Below are positions 13,461 to 27,382 of a DNA stretch of 64,000 nt, piece after piece. A program made the position numbers and the translations under genes. The stretch comes from Eledone cirrhosa (Eukaryota), in NCBI GenBank assembly GCA_964016885.1, contig OZ024757.1, forward strand, positions 27,776,001 through 27,840,000. The letters are read 5' to 3'. Every line of letters begins with the position of its first letter. The stretch's first letter is position 1. The notes beneath the pieces are model-generated. The model did not search any database. It worked only from the letters and a program-made list of their open reading frames with translations, and was not told the DNA's origin.

Positions 13461-14829
13461 TGAGAGAGGTGTTAATGAGTACAACACTGGCTATTTAGAT
13501 CTAATGGTGGTTATGATAGTTTTTAAATTCTTTATTTATTACTTTCTAATGTGTTAACAGCTGCAGCACACAAAAGGTAAACAGAAACAAAATAGATTAG
13601 TCTGCTAAACATAGCTGCTAAATCTCCCTCACATTCTTCTCTATCATTACCATCATCATCATCATCATCACTGTTTCACATCTATTCTCCATGCTTGCGT
13701 GGGTTTGACAAGTCATGTTTAGAGAGGCTAGGCATATCAGATCATTGCCTCTTACAAATATGTTCTATTCTGACACCTTTAACCCTTTATATATACTATA
13801 TATACTATTATATTTTCACAGTAAAGGCTTTACCCCACATAATATCTCACATAATATCAAATCTATGAGATTTTGATGTCATTTATTTTGTGAACAATAC
13901 CTTAACATCAATAAGAGTGGCTGGTTACTGCCTGTTTGAACTGAAAGAGGTGAGAGAATTCTGGCCAGATATAATCGGTTTAAATGCTAAAGGGTTAAAG
14001 AAAAAATAATGCAGGATACATTGGATATATGTAAGCTGGAACATATACTGTTGCAATGCTTTGCAGCATAGAGTAACAGCTCTTTACAGTCTGAGTTCAA
14101 ATCCCACCGAGGTTAACTTTATTTTATCGACCCTGTAAGGATGATAGGCAAAGTACCAGTAATGCACTTGGGTTGACTTAATCGACTTTTCCCTCTTCCC
14201 AATTGCTGGCCTTGTGCCTATAGTAGAAATCATTATTAATCCCATACCTAAATGACTCTGCCAATTTGCCAGCTTAATAATAAAGTATCATAATTAATAT
14301 CTTTTTTTTTTGTCCAACCACAAAATTTCTTGGCACTTCAGCTTCGAGTCCCTTGAACGACTTCTGCTTAAAACGTGCTTTTATTGGTTTTGTCATGCAC
14401 GTCATTGCCCTATTGGCTGTCTTTAAAAAAAACACAAAAAATATAATATGACCAGTAAATTTGACAACAAAATTAAAAATACCTTTTCTATAGTGATTAA
14501 CAACAGTATTGTTTTACATACATAGTCATAATGTATTTCAATATCCAACTATATGTATCTGTTCTATTTTATATACATATATATCTTTATCATAGCCATC
14601 CTATCAGGCAAGATGTTATCGAAAGAATCCTCTATGTTATCTGCCATCAGGCAATAAATATTTTAATGATGCAATATAATCCAATGATTGACATTGTAAT
14701 GTAAGTTAATTTATGTGAGATAAACATGAATTATATGCCAGAATTCTGAATTCTTTCAGTCAGTTAACGGAACGAATCAATGGTTATAGTATGTAACTTT
14801 TCTTGTTTAGCTCACATAAATTAACACTC

Positions 14830-14855
14830 GCACACACACACACACACACATATGC

Positions 14856-14895
<40 letters not shown>

Positions 14896-14917
14896 ATATA
14901 TATACATATATATGTAT

Positions 14918-14950
<33 letters not shown>

Positions 14951-14959
14951 CATATATAT

Positions 14960-15013
<54 letters not shown>

Positions 15014-15106
15014 GACAGTCCTATGCGAGCAAGATAATCACTCTTGCCTCAAGTGGGAAAACCCCCGTCCAAACCCATGCAAGCGTGGAACATGGACGTT
15101 AAACGT

Positions 15107-15137
<31 letters not shown>

Positions 15138-15167
15138 ACATATATACATATATATATATACATATAT

Positions 15168-15200
<33 letters not shown>

Positions 15201-15340
15201 TATATACATATATATATATACATATATACATATATACATATATACATATATATACATATATATATATATATATACATATATACATATATATACATATATA
15301 TATATATATATACATATATACACATATATATATATAGTAA
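14830..15340. repeat. (CA)/(TA)/(TACA) compound microsatellite interrupted by a family C 3' end
   Basis: Directly visible. Confidence 0.95.
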
Positions 15341-16139
15341 TAATAATAAAATTGAAGACTAAAATCCAGAGAGGGCTCGATAAGGGTGAAAGCAGCGATT
15401 CTTTGCTTAAACTTTAATCTGTTATTTTAATAAATATATATATATATATATATATACATATATACATATATATATACATATATATATATAGTTGCAGTTA
15501 TGGTTGTGGTTTAGAAGTTTGCTTCTAAAGTATGTGGTCTAGGGTTAGTTCCCACTGCATGACACATGGATAAGTGTCTTTCGCTATAACCCCGGGTTGA
15601 CCACAGCCTTGTGAGTGAAATGTGGTAGATAGGTCCTTTGCTGGAAGCCAGAACTCAGAACGTAAAGGGCGGTAACTCTATGCTGCAAAGCATGGTGTCC
15701 GACACTTTACCGATACTGCCAATTCACAATGATAATAATGATTTCGGCACAAGGCCAACAATTTTGGAGGAGGGGAAAGTTGATTAAATCAACCCGAAGT
15801 GCAATGTGTTCATTTTATCAAGGTGCCAACACTAGAAAGGTTATCTTGCCCTCACATGGAAAAAAGAGTACTCTCCACCTTACAGCCCCTCTGATCTTTC
15901 AAAACAAAAGTGTCTAAGAGTGTAATTTGAAGAAGAGTGATGGACAAATGGTTAATAATTATTCATACTTCAGACACTACGCTCTTATAGGAAGACAAAA
16001 CCAGGAATGAAAACTTGGACAAGCTCTATGAATACTACATTGTCTGACCAACAATAATGATATTAAAAATTTGAAACCATAACACATAACACCCACATGT
16101 TTACCACACCACACCACATTACACCCTGTAAAAAACATA

Positions 16140-17630
16140 TGACTGATCAATAATTATCAACAATAGGCATTATGGGGTTAATAATGTGATAAAAGTTTGA
16201 GATAAATGAAGGATTGTCATCATTTAACTTCCTGCTAGCAAGGTTGGATCTAATTATGAATGTAAATAAAAGAACAAATGTGGAGAATGACACATAAAAA
16301 TCTAGAGGACATCAAAGGGAAACAAGGTTAAAGAATATTGGTAGAAAGAACAAAAGAAGAAGGGGAGAGAGAGAGATAAGGAATACAAAAGGCAATTTGA
16401 GTCTAATTAACAAAAGATTAAAGATTAAGGAGCAGGTTGAGGAGGGTTGAGCAAAACTTATCCAAGACCTTACTGAATAACTTTTTAAAAAAAAATGTAA
16501 TATCTTAATTTGAAAGAGGAAGGGCAGCGCTCGTGATCCACCACTCTTTGTTGTTGAGCTTCTGAGAAAAGAGAAGTCAAGATAGTAGTAGTCCATTAAG
16601 ATATTGATTGTTTGCAGCAGAGTAGACTTTGCTAAATATACTGAAGAGCCTGGCTAGATGGTGTTAAACAGGACATTGGTGTTAAACCAGATATCACTGT
16701 TAAACTATGTCTTGGTGTTAAAACGTGTCTTAGTGTTAAACCTGGTTTAACTATTTTGGTACCAAACAGCTTGGAAAAAAAGTCCTTTTTCTATTATACA
16801 AAGCTGTTTGTATGTATGCATATACCCGTAACTCTTGATGTATTTTGAGCACTTTAAACTTGGTGGAATCTATCCCTTCTCCATGTCTAAACACAACCAA
16901 TTTTTTTTCTAAAGAAGAGATAGTGTTATAGAGAGTAAGTGAGAAAGATATATTGGGAAAGAATCAACACCCCGTTCTGGTCTGGTATTTTTTTTTATCA
17001 CCCATGAACAGATGAAAAGAAAATTTGACCACAGAGAGATTTGAATTCAGAGCACAGAAAGCCGAGATGAATACTGCAAAGTATTCTCTCTGATGTTCTA
17101 ATGCTTTTTGCTAATTTGCTGCCATACAAAGTTGTTTATATTTATATGAAAAGACTTCTTCCCACTGTAGTAACCCATGAATCATGATCTTTTTAACCAC
17201 CAACAATAAAGTATGGTGGATCATGAGCACTACCCTACCTCTTTCTGACTAAGCCATTAATTTATCTAAACTAATTTATTCAAGAACGTGTTATCTAAGT
17301 TTATCTCAAACATCGCCAACCCCGCACCATAAGCATCAATCATTTGAAATTTCCTTTGATTGCTAATTAGATTCAAATTTCCCTTTGTGCCTTTTATTTT
17401 TGAACTCTCTTTCTCTCTCCTTCTTTTGTTCTTTCGACCAATATTCTTTAATCTTGTTTCCTTTGATGTTACCTAGGTTTTTATGTGTTACTCTCCACAT
17501 TTGTTCTTATCAAAAACTGTATTTACATTCAAAGTAGGTTAGATCCTGCATTTATCTAAAGCTTTGAACTTGGTCTATTACAGTTTTAACCCTATAATGC
17601 CTATTGTTGATAATTGTTGACTAATCAGAT
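16140..17630. repeat. Long diverged inverted repeat (arms about 16140-16420 and 17352-17630)
   Basis: aattatcaacaataggcattat / ataatgcctattgttgataatt and aagaacaaatgtggag / ctccacatttgttctt are collinear in inverted orientation. Confidence 0.8.
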
Positions 17631-18302
17631 ACAATATCCTTGTGTAAAGATAACAAGAGGATTTTAAAGTTTGGACAGGCTCTACAAATATTTTATATGA
17701 GAACATTTTTACATACAAAAAACATGGGTGGAGATGGTGAGAGCTGACAATCAGATCATTGATGCTTACAGAGGAGATGACGAGGGACCGTGACGAATGG
17801 AGAGATGAAGTGGATCTGTCCTACCCTTGCAAGCAGGGAAAAGCTGATGATGATGATATAAGTTAAATGATATGATGATGATATAAGTTACACGCCTTTA
17901 TGTTCTGTGTTTAAATCCTACCAAAGTCAGCTTGCCATTTTATCCTTCTGAGGGGTCAATAAAATAAGTACCAGTAAAGTACTGGAGTTGATTTAATCAA
18001 CTTTGCCCCAACCCCAAATTTGCTGGCCTTGTGCCTAAATTAGAAATCAAGATAAGAAGAATATTAATTGCAGAATTACTGACAGTGGAATAATACATAT
18101 TATATGTACTAAGATGATGATGATATGTACCAAATAAGTTGCATGTGTGTTATAAGAAAATATGAAAAAATCTGATAAAACAAAGTTAAAACTTCAACAT
18201 AGTCATGTCTCCAAGAGCTGTTCCCCATACATATAAAAATAAGTGTATATCATCATCATCAGCATCATTGTTTAACTTCTAACTTCCACGCTAGCATGGG
18301 TT

Positions 18303-18408
<106 letters not shown>

Positions 18409-18657
18409 CTAACAAGACACTATTTAGCCTTAACAAAATAATTATTAAGACTCTACATCAGCATTGAGTACTCTTTCCTCCATTGTCAACCGCATGGATA
18501 TATATGAATATATATATATATACACACACATATCAACATACATATACATATGTGTATATATATATATATATATATTTATTGTAAGAACAGATTAAAGTTT
18601 AAGCAACGAATCGCTGGTTTCACCTTTAACGGGATCTTCTGAAACTATTATTATTAT

Positions 18658-18838
18658 TGGATTGGCAGTATCGGTAGAGGGTCGGACGCCATGCTTTGCA
18701 GCAAAGAGTTACAGCCCTTTATGGTCTGAGTTCAAATCCAGCCGAGGTTAACTTTGCCTTTCATCCTTACGGGGTCGATAAAATAAAGTACCAGTAATGC
18801 ACTGGGGTAATTGCTGGCCTTGTGGCAAAATTAGAAAT
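18658..18838 (+). mobile_element. SINE family A copy
   Basis: ggattggcagtatcggtagagg...gagttcaaatcc...ttgctggccttgtg. Confidence 0.85.
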
Positions 18839-19365
18839 AATAAACAATTATTATATATATATATAACTGTATATACACACACACATGCATACTCACACAT
18901 AAATACATAATACAATCACACACATAGACTAAATTGGCAAAACATTTCTTTTAACAGAGGGAAAGAAGAAAAACAACAGAAATAGAAAGGATGGAAGCAC
19001 TGAGAAAATATTGTTGACCTACATAGGTACATTATGAAGTCGTTCTCCTAGTCACCACAGTTAGGTAGGAGTACCATGCAAGTGGTATAGTCCTAGCTTT
19101 AAGGTTGTCTTCTTACACACACACACACATATATATATATAAGTTTATCCTGGGTTCAATCGGGGGTAACCACAGTAAGTATATGTATATATAGTAATAA
19201 TAATAATAATAATTGTGAAGACTAAAATCGTAAGAGGGCTCAATAAGGATTATATATATATATATATATATATGTATATAAAACCTGTAGAGCTAATATA
19301 CATTTATATATATATATAACCTGTAGAGCAATGTACCAATTGTGTTGTTATTTCTGTTTACCTTT

Positions 19366-19465
<100 letters not shown>

Positions 19466-19648
19466 TGAAAAAAAATAATCTATCCTTCCCTACAAACCAA
19501 TCACCTACCTACCCACTTTCCTACATACATACATGCATACAAGCAAGCATATATACATATATACATATATATTAAAGTTGTCTCTGTCGCCAGAGTTAGG
19601 AGTACCCTGTAAGTGGTTTGATTCTAGATTTAGAGTTATCTCCTTGTT

Positions 19649-19701
<53 letters not shown>

Positions 19702-20829
19702 ATAAATAGAGAAAGAAAAACAAAGTAACAAAAAAAATACCCTTCTCAATACACAAACCACCTACATGCATACGTACATGCATATGTAGAATCGTACATG
19801 GTGTACGTGCATGTTCATGCTCATAGTAGCACACATGTACACACAAATCAACACACACTCATGCATACACTCGCAACAACATCAAGATTTCAAGGAGAGG
19901 TGTTTTCATTAAGAAAGACAAATGAGGTGATGGGCGGAAAAGGAGAGGTGGAGTGGAGTGGAATATACCACCACCTATTACCCACCTCCCAGCAAAAATA
20001 AATTTCCGTTAACCAATATTGTTGTTTACAAAATAACCTTATCTAAGAGTGGACAACCGATTCCTTGTTGAATAAAATAGTGTTTTTTCCTTTTCTTTTT
20101 GTTACTCAAGTGCCCAAGCAAGAGAGAGCAAACAAGGCAGATTTTATTTTAATAATGCCATTTGGTGAGTTAGGTTTTCATAAGCAATCTGGGTCACCCA
20201 AGTGACATATATAATATTCCCCTGCTTTTCTTTGCTTTTTAAATTGTGTCTTTATCTTTTACCATGTGAAGGAAGGGGATATTTTACAAGAAAAGTTTTT
20301 TATTTGTAGAGACATCTTTAGTCCTTTTGAAACCACTTGAAACCTCCCCTGGTCCTACGATACAAAACTTTATTTTAAAGTGTTTAAATTTATCTAAAAA
20401 AAAACCTTCAATTTTATTCTAATTTTATATAAGTATGTTTAAGTTAAGCTCCGAACAGCAACTTAATGTTTAGAAAATCAGTTATTTTACTAAATCCATC
20501 CACACTCTGGATTATTTGAAAACCATAAGTAGGATTTCTCTTTAGAAATATAGTAACAAAATGCATGATTTAAGATTATGAAAAAATTTAGAAGAAACAA
20601 TATTTTTTAAATGGTGTTATTAAACCCAGTTGGTTTTGACTGACTATCCACAGACATATAGAGTCGTCATTAATGTATGTTTTTCCATGCTAGCATGGGT
20701 TGGACAGATTGTCATAGACCACATCAGTACTTAATAGGAACTACAGTCCTCACAGATTGGGCCAGGCACCATATCATGTTTACATACATTCTGGGATGGG
20801 CATGGTTTACTACAGCTGCAGATATAGTG

Positions 20830-21030
20830 TAGGCGACAAAATGTTACAAGGATGACCTGAAAGTAACATTGAAAACCATGAGCATTGACACAGAATCTTG
20901 AGAACAGCTTTCTCAGAACAAACTCCTATGCCTCCTATGGTGCACTCTCATCAACCTTTGGAAAAGAACAGAACCCTGGTTGCCACCCTCAGCAGGGTAT
21001 TGTTCATCATGAGCAGTAAACCACTATGAC
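20830..21030 (+). mobile_element. Degenerate BovB-like RTE 3' fragment
   Basis: Reads KCYKDDLKVTLKTMSIDTES*EQLSQNK, resembling the BovB/RTE 'KRYKD.LK..LK...ID...WE.LA.DR' motif. Confidence 0.55.
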
Positions 21031-22089
21031 AAAAATAATCCTGTCACTATATTGCAGGGTTTTGGTAAATAGAAGTCACAAGCTTTGAAAGACTGATACC
21101 TCGGATCACTGCCTCTTCAGCAGCGAGCATATTTCAATTTGCGAGAAACTGGAATCTGCAGGAAGAGTATGGGGCTCCTTGAAAGGTTAAAGATCAATGT
21201 GATGATGTCTGGAGCTTGTGTGTGAGTGTAACAGTCCATTGTACTCTGAAATCATCATGTATTGGTATCCACTACCAGCTGGACATCTATGTTAGCTTGG
21301 AAGGACAGATCACCACCAGTGAATTACAAGGAAATATCATTTATTTAATTATAAATTCTTCACATCGAAACAAATGTTTGCAATAGGAGACTCCCCGAAA
21401 GGTAAAAGGGTAAAGACCCTCTTTGGTCGTGAACGACTGTAGGATTTGCACCTAGAAAGTTCCTCGTGTGAGGGGCACGGTGATCACCACTCTTCATTAT
21501 GTTAGATGACACACTCATTAGAAGAAAGATTTCAGGATAGATTCCATATATGGAAACAAAAGTTTGCAATGGAGGGGATTCTACTAAAGTCAGTAATTTG
21601 TAATAAATCTTGTGGAAAGGAGAGGTAGGGTAAGCATCTCTCCCTCTTAAAACTGTGTTAGATGACACACTCATTAGGAGGAAATACATTGCAGTTGTTG
21701 TTAATTTAGATATTTTGTACAGAAGCAGTTAACTGGCAACAGTGTCTGACATCTTTATCACATCTGGCAGGAACCTTTTCTAGTATTCCTTAACATATTT
21801 ACAACAGCTGTGTGTGTGTATGTATATATGTATATGTTTTAATATATGTATTTATATCTATATGTGCGTGTGTGTATGTATATAGGTATGTTTAAATATA
21901 TGTATATGTGTGTGTATATATGTATATATATATATGTATGTATATGTGTGTATGTATATATATATATATATATTTATATTATAAATACAGTGTACCAGCA
22001 ATGAATAACTGCACTCATTGTGTGAGCATAAATATCAGTAACCTATACTATCACTACCTCAATGATATATGCCTGGAAGATTCTATCTG

Positions 22090-22250
22090 GCAAGCAGAAC
22101 TCTAGGCATATGTCTCCTCGTGGTCCCAGCAGATAGAATGTAGAAGGCATTACCCAGGAGGACAGCAAGGGAAATGCATTGAAACAGCCATTTCATCTCA
22201 TGGGACTCACTCCTTTGTGTAATCAACTCTGCCATGACAGCAGCAAAGGA
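22090..22250 (-). mobile_element. CRE-like RLE retrotransposon extreme C-terminal fragment
   Basis: ORF 22083..22283(-) contains EMKWLFQCISLAVLLGNAFYILSAG, the 'LFQRLSLAVQRGNA..IL' terminal motif. Confidence 0.6.
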
Positions 22251-23013
22251 GGGAGGTAGTTCATAGCTCCGCTCCAATGACAAACCTATCTCCCCAATGT
22301 GAGAGTATCTATGTAGTCCTTTAACCCTTTAGCATTTAAACCGGCTGCATCCGGCCAGAATTCTCTCACCCCTTTCTGTTCAAACCGGCTGTAACTGGCC
22401 ACTCATACTATTGTTAACGCATTGTTCTCAAAATAAATAACATCAAAATCTCATACGATATTATGTGAGATAAAGCCTAATGTAAATGCTAGAGGGTTAA
22501 TGGGAAGAAAGACACATTCGATAATGTAGTTCTAGATACATTAGTGACTGAAGAAAAGCTATGAAGAGTTATAGCTGCAGAAATAAAGGGTCATGAGTAA
22601 AGAGATCAGATGCACTTGTCATCTCTTTCTGATCTGGATGTCATAAACAAGAAAACAAACAAACATTGTACAAACTCCCACTAAAAAAAAGTTATGCCAG
22701 ATTTGAAAAAAAACTAAGTACTGTGTTCAACATGATCAGCACAATCCTATCAAGGTGGGGCCCCAGAGTGGCCAGAGCCCTAATGACTGACAGCATTAAT
22801 AGAATAAATGTATATATAAATTAATCAAATATCATATATATATATATATGTGTGTGTGATGTGTATGTGTCAGGTTCAATCGAGGGTAACCAAAGTAAGT
22901 AAGGTACTCAATACATTAGTAGAGTGTATACAATAAATATTATATAGAAACGGTTTTTCTGATGATTTCCTTCGACTGAAACAGTTCTAGTCCTGTAGAA
23001 GCCATTTCTATAT

Positions 23014-23048
<35 letters not shown>

Positions 23049-23602
23049 TGAGAGAAATAGCTTCTACAGGACTAGATGTATTTCATTCAAAGGAAATCAT
23101 CACTTAAATAAGGATTTCTAATTTAGGCACGAGGCCAATAATTTGTTGAGAAGGGGATTATATCATCCCCAGTAGATTAACAACCAAGTTGATTTCAGCA
23201 GGATTTGAACTCGGAATGTCAAGAGCTGGAATATATACTGCTAAGCATTGTCCGATGCTTTAACAACTGTGCTAATCTCCTACCTTAAACCATACAATAA
23301 TAATTAATACTCAAAACATTCAATCATATTATTTATTAACAAACAACACAAAATTTTTTTTATTAAGAATTAAAATAATCTCTGCACACACACACCCACA
23401 CACAATATCTATAATTCTTATATTTATAAATATATATATTTGTGTGTGTGTATTATATATATATAATGATTTTCTCGCCCGGAAATGATGTATAAGCTGG
23501 TATGATCAGTAGGATAATGTTAAACGAGCGTAAGTAGAGCAAATAGGGTGTGTATGTGTATGTGTGTGTGTGTGTATATAAATATATATATATATATATA
23601 TA

Positions 23603-24282
23603 CGGGAAAAAAATGAAACAAAATTTCATTTCTCACTCTTAGTACGGCTGTTACTTAAATATAAGTATGTATACGTACATACATATATGTATACAGACGT
23701 ACAGTAGTATGTATATATATATACATACATGCACACATATATATATGTACGTATGAATTTACCGAACATTTATTATAATGCTTGGTGTGTTTGTAAACAA
23801 ACATCCCGAATTAAGCCGTACAGTGTTTAGCAACCATCGTTGCTCTTTTGTTCAACACTGACAAAGGAAAGATGTACTAGTTTCAAGCTTATTAGCTATC
23901 GTCAGCAACGTATACCTTCCTGCCAGGTGATTGAACGTCTGAAAGTATATACTTTCCTTATGCATATTAACGGCTGAGCAGCCTAATTTGCATATTGAGT
24001 GAGTTAATCGGCTGGGCGCACCGAAAACGATAAACGGAAAAAATGAAACAAAATTTCATTTCTCACTCTTAGTACGGCTGAAACTAGTACATCGAAGAGC
24101 AACGATGGTTGCTAAACACTGTACGGCTTAATTTGGGATGTTTGTTTACAAACACACCGAGCATTATAATAAATGTTCGGTAAATCCATACGTACATATA
24201 TATATGTGTACATGTATGTATATATATATACATACTACTGTACGTCTGTATACATATATGTATGTACGTATACATACTTATA
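23603..24282 (-). mobile_element. Non-autonomous Penelope/retrozyme-like element with hammerhead motif, terminal direct repeat and 5' inversion
   Basis: Direct repeat 23603-23650 / 24035-24080 (period 430); inverted repeat 23660-23847 / 24095-24282; hammerhead at 23864-23921(-); (TA)n on both sides. Confidence 0.7.
23864..23921 (-). ncRNA. Minimal type I hammerhead ribozyme motif
   Basis: Minus strand: aggaag gtatac gttg CTGACGA t-agct-aata-agct-t GAAA CTAG TA catc tttcct. The core is intact, stem II has 4 bp, stem III is minimal with a palindromic CUAG, the cleavage triplet is GUA and stem I is bulged. Confidence 0.7.
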
Positions 24283-25872
24283 TATATATATATATAAATA
24301 CATATATATATATATATAGGTGTACTTAATACATGTAAGAGTTTATTTAGTCACGTGTAGTTGGTGATTCATTACATTGCTACGCTGGGCTTCCCATCTC
24401 AATGTGCATCCATTAAGGTGACAAAACAAATTCACAGAAGTGAGAAATTTTGTGTTAGGGATAGGGTGAATCATCGGTTTTGAATGAATCAATATATATT
24501 ATTCTATTACCACCTACAAGAGCAGTGGGTTGGCAGATTCTTTAGAGCATTGGACACAACGTTTTGTGGTATTTAGTTACACCCCTTTACATCCTGAGTT
24601 CAAATATTGTCAAGCTTTACTTTGCTTTATATCTTTCCTGGGTCGATAAAATTATTCCAAATTCTTGATTTTCAAAATTGATTGAAAATCAGAGGCAATG
24701 TGTTTGATTAGAAATATGGTAAAGAAAGGGTTGATGACTGCCAATTTGGCATCTAATAGTATTTCTAATTTAGAAACAAAGCCATCAATTAGTGAGAAGG
24801 GGAAAGCCAAATAAATTGACCCCCAGTACTTGAGAGGTACTTTATTTTATTGACCACAGAAGGACGAAAGGTAAAGTTGATCTCAGCTGGATTTTAACTC
24901 AGATGGTATTGTAAAGAGTCTAAACAAATACAACAAAGTATTCTCTCAGAAACTCTAATGATTCTGTGAATTCACTGCCCCTTTGCCGCCTATAATAATG
25001 ACGTCATAATTATGAAACAAGAAAAAACAAGCCAAACAAATAGTAGTATTTACATGTAGGTATCAAGATTAAAAATGAATTACGCCAGATCTATCTTACC
25101 AGCTGTAATATTGATAAAGCAACCAAGGCATTAAATCAGAGATTATGAAAGAGGTGAAACCAAAGAGAAGAATTATATCAAACCACCAATAACAAAAAAT
25201 CCTACATTGGCAACTTTTCAATAAATAATACTAATAATGATAATAATGATGGTGATGATGATAATAATAATAAAAATAATGATGATGATGATGATAATGA
25301 AACAAATTAATGGGTTAGCAGCAATTTGGAGATATTAAGTTGCCAGCATAACTCATAACTTCTATGATGCGAGCTAATGTAGAAGCTTATACATGGTTGC
25401 CTCAACCTGCTGGAAATAGTAGCCAAATCTCTTGCATTACACCCTACAACAACAACAAATGTTTTAAGGCCATTTTCTCTGCCATAGTAGAAGTTAACCT
25501 TGCAGATCCTATGACGGGTTTCATACTCATCATGGGGTCCTAATTAAAGCAAGATAAGAGCAAAAGATGGACATGACTGGAAAATCGTTGATTAGCGCTA
25601 TACTAGAACTGCAGCCCTGATTAAAACACCCAAGAGAACTCCACTGAGGTCAATTAAACAAAGCTATGCAATTGCAAGAGAACTCCTATGAGATGCAGCC
25701 TCATATGAGGTCAGCTAAACAAACGTATGTAAATGTGATCTGCAACAAGAATAATTTTCTGGTTGAAATAGACATTGTGATGAAAATAGTTCTAAAGAGG
25801 ATTCATAAGCTTCAAAGAACCTCTTTTTCCTCAGGCCTGCTGTTTAACTACAGTTTTATAATGTGAAACAGG

Positions 25873-26037
25873 CAGTGCTGGAGTTACCATTTTGCTTAGG
25901 TGTGTTTAAACACAGGGTCCCATTGGCCAAGGGATCCAATCTTCCTGACAAAAACTTTTTTACCTCCTTCAAAGCCCAAGTATGGGGCCTCATAACCTAA
26001 CTAGCACAGGGCCTCATCTGTCCTAAATCCGGCACTG
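25873..26037. mobile_element. hAT MITE
   Basis: TIR cagtgctgga / tccggcactg with a perfect 8-bp TSD gaaacagg. Confidence 0.8.
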
Positions 26038-26999
26038 GAAACAGGTTAGAAAGAAATTGTCACCTGGATGGATCACCATCCTGTCCCAGTTCACCCTATA
26101 AGGTAGTCTTGCTGATGCCATGACAAAATACACCCACCTAGTCCACCTTGTAATGTGGTGGTATTGGTGCCATGACAGAAAGCACCCAGTCCACTCCATA
26201 AGGTGGTAGTGCAGATGCCATGAAAAATAGCTCTTAATACATGCTGTGAAGTGTTTAGTGTTAGGAAGGGCATCCAGCCACAGAAAAGCAAGCCCAAAAC
26301 TGAATATACGAGCCAGACATGGTCACCTGATATGTCTAACCTTATAATGTGACAGACAGTTTAACTCATGCGAGCATGGAAAATAGACATCAAATGGTGA
26401 TGAGGATATTACGGAACTGAATTCTATGAACAACTAGGTGAATTGAAGCAATGCTTTTTCTCCTCTTATAACATAGAATATTTTTCGTTCATTTGTTGTT
26501 GTTTTTTTCTTTTCTACAGGTATACCCATGTTAGCATGGAAGATGGATATAAATGATGATGATGTATGAAATGTGAACTTTATATAACTGAGATTGAGGT
26601 GTTTTCATAAACTATAATAAGAGATGACAAATTTGATCCCGAAATTTGAATTCACCAAATCAATAACATTTATATTTATATACATTTTCTTTTTTTCTCT
26701 TTTATTGAATTTTAATTCAAGTTCAAATTTCAGATATTATCCTATCTTGATTCCTGTTTAGGAAAACAACTCCATGTTATTAATTCAAAATTAAAGAAAA
26801 ATAAAATAAAATAAAAGCAAAAAAATCCCATCCCCTAATTTCTATTCTTGGATGTTAATAAAATTTGTGACCATACTACATATAAACTACACCCTTAATC
26901 CTAAAAAAAATTGTTGTAGAACAGGGCTGGTTTGATATAAAAAAGTGAATAAATATTTGAACTAGACAAAATATTGGGATACATTTTTTGTATCATTAA

Positions 27000-27220
27000 C
27001 CCTTTAGCATTTACATTACTTTATAAATACTATTATATTTTCGTAGTAAAGGCTTTACCTCACATAATTATCTCACGTAATATCGAATCTATGAGATTTT
27101 TATATTATTTATTTTGAGAATATTACCTTAACATCAGTATGAGTGGCCGGTTACAGCCGGTTTGAATAGAAAGAAGTGAGAGAATTCTGGCCGGATATGG
27201 CTGGTTTAAATGCTAAAGGG
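27000..27220. mobile_element. piggyBac-like TTAA MITE (~220 bp)
   Basis: TTAA|ccctttagcattta...taaatgctaaaggg|TTAA. Other copies at 13783-13994, 22325-22496, 46874-47093, 49431-49638 and about 5955-6362. Confidence 0.85.
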
Positions 27221-27382
27221 TTAAAATGTTAAATTATAAATTCCTAATTACTAGCTACATGTGACTTCCTTGAAAAATCCTATCATGCGCAGGTAATTAT
27301 TATCTCTGACCTACTGAAAACTCATTAACTGCACTTATTAACAAGTTATATGTCTGCTCAAACACAATAACAACCTCTACAC

